A DNA stretch of 64,000 nucleotides. It comes from Polyangiaceae bacterium. GTDB taxonomy: Bacteria > Myxococcota_A > Polyangia > Polyangiales > Polyangiaceae. Position 1 is the stretch's first letter. Every line of letters begins with the position of its first letter. The position numbers and the translations under genes are program-made. Where the stretch lies: contig JANRKO010000062.1 of NCBI GenBank assembly GCA_033763455.1, forward strand, positions 1-64,000, given 5' to 3'. Shown piece after piece: positions 56,878 to 64,000 of this stretch. The notes under the pieces are model-generated. The model worked only from the letters and a program-made list of their open reading frames with translations, ran no database searches and was not told where the DNA came from.

Positions 56878-57052
56878 TTGCCCACTTTGCGCTCACTTAG
56901 GCGGGGTTTGAAGTTCGCGGCGGACCTAGCCAAATGCGCACGGCTTTCTTACCAAGGCTTGGTGCCCACCGCTGAGCTGTGATATGCGGAGGATCGTGCG
57001 ACGTTCGACGCTGCGAGATCGCTTTCGGTAATCAGCCTTAATTGAGGCTGCC

Positions 57053-57421
57053 GTGGCGTTCTGTCTGCTGCTGCAGCTTTCCTCTGTGGCACACTTCCTT
57101 ATCGTTCGGCATGAGGCTTGCGCCGAGCACGGGGAGCTCGCGCACGTGGATACTGTCGATCTGTCGAACCTGGCTGACCAGGGTTTGCGGTCTGCGGCTC
57201 TTGCGAAGGTCGTTGCGGTTCGTAGCGGGCATTCAGGCGGTGGCCACGAGCATTGCCCGCTGGTTTCAGATCGCGCGGGGCAAACGGTACTTGTGCCCAA
57301 TTCAGTGCAAAATATCGCTGAATTGAGGCTCTCGGGGAGCGGTAGGCCTCACACTACAGCAGTCTGCTTGTCGCCGAACGCGCTTCAGCTGCTCGCACCG
57401 AAAACATCTCCGCCCGTCTGA
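57053..57421 (+). CDS. Small His/Cys-rich protein (DUF2946-like) heading the metal-uptake operon
   Basis: Hydrophobic N-terminus, HEACAEHGELAH, HEHC, C-terminal LAPKTSPPV. Confidence 0.6.
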   Translation: MAFCLLLQLSSVAHFLIVRHEACAEHGELAHVDTVDLSNLADQGLRSAALAKVVAVRSGHSGGGHEHCPLVSDRAGQTVLVPNSVQNIAELRLSGSGRPHTTAVCLSPNALQLLAPKTSPPV

Positions 57422-57560
57422 GCGTCACCCCTCATCTACGCTACACGCAGTGCCTTCGTATTGCGTCATCGAACCCGTTCGCGCTTGGCCTACGGCCGTG
57501 CGGGCGTGTGTGTCGTCACGATAAACCTATAGATCCGCTCCAGCGCGGAGGAGAATTGCC

Positions 57561-58904
57561 ATGCGAATGTGGAAATCCACACGCATGCTGGCCACTCAAT
57601 GGAGTGCCAGCCTATGCGTATTTGTGTTGAGTCAAGTAGGGTTCGCCCAAGAAGCTGCACCGCCCAACGCTGCGACTTCGGAAGCGTCCCCTGAGAAAGC
57701 TGAAGTCGGTCCGCCAGTTCAAAACGCAGAAGAAGCCGCGGCCCGAGCCCGGGAAGAGGCTGAAATAGCCGCGGAACTGGCGAAGAATCAAGGTGCTTCG
57801 GAAGGCACAGTCGATGGGCCATCCGAGAGCAGGCAGCCGGAAGTAAGTGGAGCCTCGGCCTCATCGAACGGCCTCAGCAATTTCATGAACCCAGCCATTA
57901 GTGTCGCTGGCATCACGCTTGGGGGTGCGACTTCCAGATCCGAAAACGCGGTAGAAGGCACGCCAGATGATCTACCTACCGGCATATCGCTTCAGGAAGT
58001 GGAACTCCGCGCAAGTGCGATCGTGGACCCGTTTCTACGAGCAGACGTGAGTTTGAGCGGGAGCGTGGAAGAGGTGGGGTTTGAGGAGGCTTACATCACA
58101 ACCTTGGGCATTCCCAGGTTAACCGTGCGAGCTGGGCAGATGCGAGCAGCCCTGGGGCGACACAACCTCTTACACACCCACGCCTTCCCGTTCATCACAG
58201 CTCCGTTGCCGTGGCGAGCGCTTATCGGGCCAGAAGGGCTCACCGATGCTGGAGTCTCGGCAGAGTTGCTCCTCCCGTTGCCCTTCTACGGTGAGATCAC
58301 GGGGCAGGTTTTTCAGGGAGATTGGGCCTCTCTACAAGGTGAGATTGCGGACGACCCTTTGACGGCGGTTGATGAATCGGTGCCGGATAGGCGTAAGGAC
58401 CGTGACCTCGGTTACGTAGCACACTTGAAGACGCTTTTTGACCTCAGCGAGTCAACGACGCTTGAGCTCGGCACAAGTTACGCTGGCGGCCGCAACGGCT
58501 ATGCGGGGCTCACCTCACTCCTTGGCGGAGACGTGACGCTCAAATGGCGCCCACTGAACGCTGAGCGTTACACGGGAATCGATTGGACTACCGAATACGT
58601 ATGGTCGGATCGGGATGGCGCTCCCGTGGATCGAAAGCGGGGCGGCGGCTACTCGGCTTTGCGGTTTCAGTTCGCACAACAATGGTGGCTGCAGGCACGC
58701 GGAGCCGTGTTGGGCGTGCCTGAGGCTGAGAGTCGCCGTATTTGGCGCGGGGAAGCGCTGGCGGCTTTCGTGCCGAGTGAGTTCTCAACGGTCAGGCTTC
58801 AATATGCCTTGGAAAGACGGGAACAAAGCCCAGAACGGCCCGTGCAGGAGCTGTTCTTACAGGCCATTTTCTCGATTGGGCCACACCCAGCCCACGCCTA
58901 TTAA
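57561..58904 (+). CDS. Outer-membrane beta-barrel associated with Zn/Mn/Ni uptake
   Basis: MNPAISV, LQEVEL...VDPF, EEAY, GRHNLLHTH, PSEFS, C-terminal IGPHPAHAY. Confidence 0.7.
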   Translation: MRMWKSTRMLATQWSASLCVFVLSQVGFAQEAAPPNAATSEASPEKAEVGPPVQNAEEAAARAREEAEIAAELAKNQGASEGTVDGPSESRQPEVSGASASSNGLSNFMNPAISVAGITLGGATSRSENAVEGTPDDLPTGISLQEVELRASAIVDPFLRADVSLSGSVEEVGFEEAYITTLGIPRLTVRAGQMRAALGRHNLLHTHAFPFITAPLPWRALIGPEGLTDAGVSAELLLPLPFYGEITGQVFQGDWASLQGEIADDPLTAVDESVPDRRKDRDLGYVAHLKTLFDLSESTTLELGTSYAGGRNGYAGLTSLLGGDVTLKWRPLNAERYTGIDWTTEYVWSDRDGAPVDRKRGGGYSALRFQFAQQWWLQARGAVLGVPEAESRRIWRGEALAAFVPSEFSTVRLQYALERREQSPERPVQELFLQAIFSIGPHPAHAY

Positions 58905-58928
58905 CGCCTATTAATCTCAGTAGGAGAG

Positions 58929-59861
58929 ATGAGAGCTATGAAATATCTGTTCTTTACGTTGTTCGTCTGCTTTGTGGGCTTGTTCGTTACGGATCCTGCA
59001 TCAGCCGAGCTCCGCGTGGTCACTACCACCTCAGATCTTGGGTACTTTGTCCGCACTATTGGTGGAGACAAAGTGCGCGTAGATACGATTTGTCAGGGGG
59101 CCCAAGATCCACACTTTGTGCAGGCACGCCCGAGCTATATGGTAACTCTGAGTCGCGCCGACCTTTTGGTCTCGGTAGGGCTTGAGCTGGAAGTGGGTTG
59201 GCTCCCGTCTTTGATTCAGGGTGCTAGGAACCCTAACATCAAGCCGGGTAAACCTGGGTACTTGGAGGCTTCGAGGGCGGTCAAAGCGATCGATATTCCG
59301 AAGGGTCAGGTAGATCGCTCGCGGGGTGACGTTCATCCCTTCGGAAATCCACATTTTTGGCTGGATCCACTGAATGCAAAGCTTGCCTCCAGCGCCATCG
59401 CAGAGCGCATGGCAGCTCTCGATCCAAAGAACGCCGGCCTTTATCGAGCCAATCAGCGGACGTTTGAGGGAAAGCTGGATAAGAAGATGAAGGAATGGTC
59501 GGACCGCATGGCGCCATTTCGCAATACGAAGATTGTCTCCTATCACGCCACCTTCAATTACTTTCACAGGCGTTTTGGGCTCAGTGGGATCGGGTATCTG
59601 GAAGATCGTCCCGGCATTCCGCCTTCGCCTGCCCATTTGGTGGAGCTCATTCGTCAGATGAAGGAGCACAAGGTTCGGGTCATCTTCCACGAAGCTTTCT
59701 ATGATCACTCTACATCCGACATGGTTGGCGCTCGTGCGTCGGCCAAAGTGCTCGTGCTCCCAACGTCGGTAGGTGGCGCCAAAGGCGCCGACACGTATGA
59801 GCAGCTCATTGATACGTTGGTGAACCAATTCGTTGCTGCCGCCAAACAGGCCAAATCATGA
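58929..59861 (+). CDS. Metal ABC transporter substrate-binding protein (ZnuA/TroA family)
   Basis: VVTT, QDPHF, GLELEVGWL, GDVHPFGNPHFWLDP, YH. Confidence 0.9.
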   Translation: MRAMKYLFFTLFVCFVGLFVTDPASAELRVVTTTSDLGYFVRTIGGDKVRVDTICQGAQDPHFVQARPSYMVTLSRADLLVSVGLELEVGWLPSLIQGARNPNIKPGKPGYLEASRAVKAIDIPKGQVDRSRGDVHPFGNPHFWLDPLNAKLASSAIAERMAALDPKNAGLYRANQRTFEGKLDKKMKEWSDRMAPFRNTKIVSYHATFNYFHRRFGLSGIGYLEDRPGIPPSPAHLVELIRQMKEHKVRVIFHEAFYDHSTSDMVGARASAKVLVLPTSVGGAKGADTYEQLIDTLVNQFVAAAKQAKS

Positions 59862-60685
59862 TGGATGCGCTGGTTTTCCTGGGGCCAGCGCTGGCCATTT
59901 GCCTCGTAATTGCCAGCCTGCATGTCTATTTGGGCATGCACGTTTTGGCTCGTGAGGTCATTTTTGTGGATCTTTCCTTAGCGCAATTGGCGGCACTTGG
60001 GGCCACAGTTGCGGCGTTGCTTACCTCCGAAGAAGAGCCCGGGTGGCAAGCTCACGCGTTGGCTCTGGCGTTCACGATCTTGGGCGCCGCGTTGTTTGCG
60101 TTTACGCGCCGCGCGCGAAAGCAGGTGTCTCAGGAAGCCATCGTTGGGATTGTGTACGCGGTTGCGAGCGCCGTCACGGTGTTGGTTGTCAGCCACTCGC
60201 CCCATGGTGCTGAGCATATCAAAGATATCTTGGTCGGTTCGTTATTGAACACCACCTGGGCAAACGTGTGGCAGACAGCCGCAGCCTATGTGGTGTTGGG
60301 CGCCGTGCAGCTGGCCCTAGCAAAACGCTTCATCACCATTTCCTGGCAACCAGACGAAGCGGAGGCTGCGAGCCGGTTTGTGGCGTGGTGGGATTTTGGG
60401 TTTTACGTGTTGTTCGGTTTGATGATCACGATCAGCGTTCAGTTTGCCGGGATCCTCTTGGTATTTTCGTATCTCATCGTGCCGGCGCTCATCACCCGGC
60501 TGTACCTGAACCGGCTACTTCCACGGCTGTTCGCTGGCTGGGGTGTGGCGACGGCCGGGAGCTTGCTCGGGCTCTCGGCCTCGTGGGTGTGGGATTTCCC
60601 AACGGGAGCGGCCATCGTTGCCGCGTTTGGCGCGCTGCTGGCTGTAGCAGCGTTGGGGCGCCTGCTGGCGCCCAGTCGGGCGTAA
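59858..60685 (+). CDS. Metal ABC transporter permease (ZnuB family)
   Basis: YLGMHVLAREVIFVDLSLAQ, EAIVGIVY, GILLVFSYLIVPA, DFPTGAAIV. Confidence 0.9.
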   Translation: MMDALVFLGPALAICLVIASLHVYLGMHVLAREVIFVDLSLAQLAALGATVAALLTSEEEPGWQAHALALAFTILGAALFAFTRRARKQVSQEAIVGIVYAVASAVTVLVVSHSPHGAEHIKDILVGSLLNTTWANVWQTAAAYVVLGAVQLALAKRFITISWQPDEAEAASRFVAWWDFGFYVLFGLMITISVQFAGILLVFSYLIVPALITRLYLNRLLPRLFAGWGVATAGSLLGLSASWVWDFPTGAAIVAAFGALLAVAALGRLLAPSRA

Positions 60686-60693
60686 AACCCCGC

Positions 60694-61671
60694 TTACGGG
60701 TTGGAGGCGCCAGGCGTCACCTCGGGTGTCACAGAGAAGTTGCCGGTGCCATTGGGGCGGCGCCCGTAGCTGGTCGTTACATCCGCCGGGAAGTCGACTG
60801 CATCGAGCTGCGTTTGGCTGGAATTAAACAGGTAAATCGTCTCGCCTGAGTTGCTCACCGCGAACGTGCCTTTGTAGCACCCTTCCCCCACATCTTCACA
60901 CTGCGCAGCGGAGAGCGGGCCTGAACTATTGTTGTCACTCACTGCTAACAGTACCACGTAGTGCCCCGGTTGAAGCAGGGTTCCGTTCGGAAAGACGAAG
61001 GGATTCGCGAGGTCGGGCTCGTCGCTGTTAGTATCGGTTACAAGGTAACCACTCAGGTTTGCCACCGCATTGCCGGCGTTGTATAGCTCGACAAAATCAG
61101 GAGCATTGCCGCGAATCTCATTGATGACCACCTTGGGCATCAGAGCTTGTGCGCCACCGGTTCCGAACCCGCCGGAAGTTCCACCGCTAGCTGTGTTTCC
61201 GCCTGAGGAGTTGCCGCTCCCGCCGAGCCCGAGCTGGCCCCCGCTCGCGTTACCTCCTGTCGATGTGGCTCCACCACTTGCTCCTAGGTTGCCTCCGGTC
61301 GCTGAGTTGCTGCCACCCGTGTCGGGTCCCGCGTTGGTCCCGCCTGCTCCAAGTACGCCGCCAGTGCCGACGTTTGCTCCGCCTCCCGAACTCGGTGCCT
61401 CGGAAGGATTGCCGCCCGCGGAAGGTGTTGGATTAGCGGAGCCTCCCAGGCTTGGCGAAAAGCCTCCGCTGCCCGCTCTCACGCCGCCGGTTCCGCTAGC
61501 GCCACCTGCTGAGGTTCCCGGTGTGTTCGGCAAAACACTCGGCGAAGTGAATGTCGCGTCAGGCGGGGTGCTGCAGGCCAGAAACCCGATGATGCCGAGA
61601 GCCAAGAGCGGCGTTGCGGGTGCCAGACGTTTTCGCGTTCCGCCGCGAGGGCGAAGGGACGGGGGCGCCAT
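60694..61671 (-). CDS. Lipoprotein with lamin-tail domain
   Basis: FLAC lipobox, Gly/Ser linker, VVINEI...DFVELYN...LSGY, SYGR.PNG, TPG. Confidence 0.82.
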   Translation of the reverse strand: MAPPSLRPRGGTRKRLAPATPLLALGIIGFLACSTPPDATFTSPSVLPNTPGTSAGGASGTGGVRAGSGGFSPSLGGSANPTPSAGGNPSEAPSSGGGANVGTGGVLGAGGTNAGPDTGGSNSATGGNLGASGGATSTGGNASGGQLGLGGSGNSSGGNTASGGTSGGFGTGGAQALMPKVVINEIRGNAPDFVELYNAGNAVANLSGYLVTDTNSDEPDLANPFVFPNGTLLQPGHYVVLLAVSDNNSSGPLSAAQCEDVGEGCYKGTFAVSNSGETIYLFNSSQTQLDAVDFPADVTTSYGRRPNGTGNFSVTPEVTPGASNP

Positions 61672-62024
61672 GATACGCGAATAAGCCACGAGATTTAGGT
61701 GGCGGCAAGGCGGGCCCCAACAGGGACGTTCTGACAGTTGCGGGGGCCCCGTGGGGTGAGATTCGGAACCCCGGCCGCCCTGGGTCGGGTAGAATGGCGG
61801 AAATCCTACGGTTGGGCTTCACGCTGAATTCAGCCAGGATTGCTGAAATAGTCCTAGGTTTCGGCGATTTGACCCCTCGCACAGCCAGCCCGAGGGGGTT
61901 CGGCGAAATAAGAATGGAACGCGGGGGCGGAATTCAGGGTACGGTGTTCGGAATAAGTGTACGCAGCTCTCGTTGCAGCCACTTTGGTGGCAACGGGCAG
62001 CGTATTTTCAAAGGCAGTGCAAAA

Positions 62025-62222
62025 GTGGCTGAAGGCAAAATCAAGAGAAAAACGGACCGCGGATTTGGTTTCATCGACACCGGCAGTGGGAAAGACTTGT
62101 TCTTCCACATGTCGGCTCTAGAGGGAGCTCGTTTCGAGGACCTAGAGGAGGGCCAGCGCGTGTCCTTCACTGAAGGTCAGGGGCAAAAAGGGCCCTGCGC
62201 AATCAGTGTTCGCCCTATCTGA
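62025..62222 (+). CDS. Cold-shock domain protein
   Basis: GTG start; GKIK...RGFGFI, DLFFHMS, LEEGQRVSF, GQKGPCA; long upstream non-coding region. Confidence 0.92.
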   Translation: MAEGKIKRKTDRGFGFIDTGSGKDLFFHMSALEGARFEDLEEGQRVSFTEGQGQKGPCAISVRPI

Positions 62223-62257
62223 GCATTGGCTCGGTCGGGATCAACATTGGGTTGGAG

Positions 62258-62290
62258 CTAGACGGGGGCGCCTTGAGCGCGCCCGTCTAG
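62258..62290. terminator. GC-rich hairpin after the cold-shock gene
   Basis: CTAGACGGG (62258-62266) / CCCGTCTAG (62282-62290); no clear U-tract. Confidence 0.4.
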
Positions 62291-62533
62291 ACTCTCCTTA
62301 AGAAAATCGTAGCGGTACGGGGGAAGAGAAAGAGAACTGGTGGGGCGAGTGGGGAAATACTTGGGGGAAGACGCGGAACGAACCAGCGCTTGGGAGTGTG
62401 GTTGACCCAGGGTGGAGCGGAGAGCTTCTTGAGTCGGGCTTCGCTGGCTCTGCTGGCGGTGCCCCCCGTTGCCGGCATAGCATGGCGCCCGCCGAGAATA
62501 CGGCACCCCATCTCACAGCCATAGGAGTCAAAG

Positions 62534-63067
62534 ATGCCTAACGCATTTGCACATATCGAGCTTGCCACCGATGACGTGAAAGCAGCCAAAAAGTTCTACA
62601 AATCTCTGTTTGATTGGAACCTTAACGACCTCCCCGCGATGTCGTACACCATGATCGACGTTGGGGGCGGTACCGGCGGCGGCATGGCAAAGAAGCAGAT
62701 GCCCGAACAGCCGACGGCGTGGCTTCCATACGTGGAGGTAGCCGATGTGAAGAAGACACTTGCGAAAGCTGCAAAGGCGGGCGCCAAGGTCGTGCTTGAC
62801 TACCAAGAGATCGGTGAGATGGGTGCAATTGGCGTTTTCGTGGATCCGATGGGCGCGGGGCTCGGTATTTGGCAGAAGGGAGCCGGCGCACCGCCACCGC
62901 CCGCGACCAAAACGAAAGCTTCTAAGAAATCTGTGAAGGCGAAAGCCCCCGCTGAGAAACCTGTGGCTAAGAAAGCATCCGCGGCCAAAGCGGCGCCCGC
63001 CAAGGCACCCGCAGGCAAAGCTGCCCCTGCCAAAGGTTCAGCGAAAAAGGCCTCAAAAAAGCGCTAA
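62534..63067 (+). CDS. VOC/glyoxalase family protein with Lys/Ala-rich tail
   Basis: HIELATDD...FYKSLFDW, WLPYVEV, FVDPMG; AGGAG SD. Confidence 0.88.
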   Translation: MPNAFAHIELATDDVKAAKKFYKSLFDWNLNDLPAMSYTMIDVGGGTGGGMAKKQMPEQPTAWLPYVEVADVKKTLAKAAKAGAKVVLDYQEIGEMGAIGVFVDPMGAGLGIWQKGAGAPPPPATKTKASKKSVKAKAPAEKPVAKKASAAKAAPAKAPAGKAAPAKGSAKKASKKR

Positions 63068-63127
63068 ATAGTGCGAAAGAGGGCGGGCTGGCTGCCGGTA
63101 GCTTAACAGTGCCCAGGCCAGCCCTTG

Positions 63128-63574
63128 CTAGCCATCGACCGCATTGGGGAGCTCGTTCTTATCGGTAACCGCCTTGCGCGGGAAGTGGTGCGAGAGCTGA
63201 GCTCCTGCGGCGGAAATGGCAGCGACTAAACCCGCCGTGAACTCCCCACGCTTGAAGTGTTCGGTGAGGATGGCCGCGAGAGCCTCCCAGAACTCTTGCC
63301 CCACGTGGGCATGAATACCTTCATCGCCCAGCACCGCGAAGGCTCGGCGTGACGGCACCACGAAGAACAACACGCCGTTTCGATCTTGGGTCTTCGTCAT
63401 GCCGAGGCGCACGAATGCGCGATCTGCCGCACGCTTCACGTTGCCCCAAAAGTATGGCGCCAAAGACACACGGATTTCCCCCGAGGTCTGGAGTTCCGCT
63501 TGTGCTATCGCTTGTTGAATCAACTCGCGATCGACCCAAGTAGAGTTCTTCTTTCGACCAAACCACAGCATCAT
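63128..63574 (-). CDS. TPM domain protein (small partner)
   Basis: AELQTSGEIRV, GMTKTQDRNGVL, GDEGIH, NELPN. Confidence 0.88.
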   Translation of the reverse strand: MMLWFGRKKNSTWVDRELIQQAIAQAELQTSGEIRVSLAPYFWGNVKRAADRAFVRLGMTKTQDRNGVLFFVVPSRRAFAVLGDEGIHAHVGQEFWEALAAILTEHFKRGEFTAGLVAAISAAGAQLSHHFPRKAVTDKNELPNAVDG

Positions 63575-63584
63575 AAAGCCTGCT

Positions 63585-64000
63585 TTACCATGAGCCCGAA
63601 GCGCCGCCGCCCCCCGAGCGTCCGCCCCCGCCACCACCAAACCCGCCTCCACCTCCACCAAATCCGCCTCCCCCGCGTCCGCCGCTAGTCAGCACCCAGA
63701 GTAGGCTAAGTGCGAGCGTCGGGTGAGTGACAGCGAGGAGCAAGAACCCAAGTAGCAGCAGACCAAGCACCACGAGCTGTGCCTTACCGGGGCCGCTCGA
63801 CTGAGCTGGATCTTCCGGCGGAAGGGCAGGAGGGCGGGCGGCAAACGGTTTGCCTGAAATGGCCTCCAACGTCGCGTCGATTCCGTCGGAAAGAGCCGCG
63901 CTTGTATCACCGGCACGAAGCTTCGGAACCATGACGTCGTTGATGATCCGCGCCGCTACGGCATCTGGCACCCGATCTTCGAGGCCATAGCCCACCTCGA
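63585..64000 (-). CDS. TPM/YgcG domain membrane protein, 5' end outside the window
   Basis: EVGYGLE...PD, TM helix, GGGGGRSGGGGASGSW tail. Confidence 0.9.
   Translation of the reverse strand, partial: EVGYGLEDRVPDAVAARIINDVMVPKLRAGDTSAALSDGIDATLEAISGKPFAARPPALPPEDPAQSSGPGKAQLVVLGLLLLGFLLLAVTHPTLALSLLWVLTSGGRGGGGFGGGGGGFGGGGGGRSGGGGASGSW

Noticed and set aside
58894..58913. 10-bp tandem duplication ACGCCTATTA over a stop codon
   Set aside because: Simple slippage or insertion footprint with no coding change and no associated element.
61070..61684. Pro-rich antisense ORFs here and at 31664-32269, 13078-13410 and 44724-45014
   Set aside because: Shadows of Gly/Ser-rich linker codons of real lipoprotein genes on the opposite strand.
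62338..62360. TGGTGGGGCGAGTGGGG resembling the reverse complement of a tRNA 3' end
   Set aside because: No T-loop (TTCGA) signature or cloverleaf follows.

Overview
GC-rich bacterial DNA that looks like Myxococcota (probably Polyangiaceae-like), judged from the DUF1592/DUF1552 pair, Gly/Ser-linker lipoproteins, a DUF2330 protein with a MYXO-CTERM-like tail and MopE-like repeats. All product calls come from motifs recognised by eye; no search was run. Left to right: (1) a DUF1592/DUF1552 pair; (2) a cobalamin-riboswitch-led cobamide uptake/salvage locus (TonB-dependent receptor, beta-propeller lipoprotein, cobU, converging on cobT-cobS); (3) GST, MFS, amidohydrolase, DUF2341/LamG and SDR genes; (4) a ~16.5 kb defence island (~15.2-31.9 kb) bracketed by a 71-bp degenerate copy of part of the SDR gene; (5) an AAA+/DUF4143 ATPase and a desaturase/transketolase pair converging on a NeuB-type ulosonic-acid cluster; (6) an SF1 helicase, secreted proteins including a beta-propeller/vanadium haloperoxidase fusion, a metal-uptake operon, a cold-shock protein and TPM genes. 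The strongest signals are in the island. First, an RtcR-like CARF-AAA+-HTH sigma54 activator sits between two outward-facing sigma54-like promoters, one before an uncharacterised coiled-coil PD-(D/E)XK-like gene and one before a type I R-M operon. Second, an AlbA_2/Schlafen gene sits between hsdM and hsdS, followed by an unannotated 46-aa copy of the HsdM C-terminus that overlaps both neighbours. Third, six 25-bp palindromes of identical geometry but different, co-varying sequence lie in and around tandem yhcG (DUF1016) genes. No rRNA, tRNA, CRISPR array or integrase was seen.
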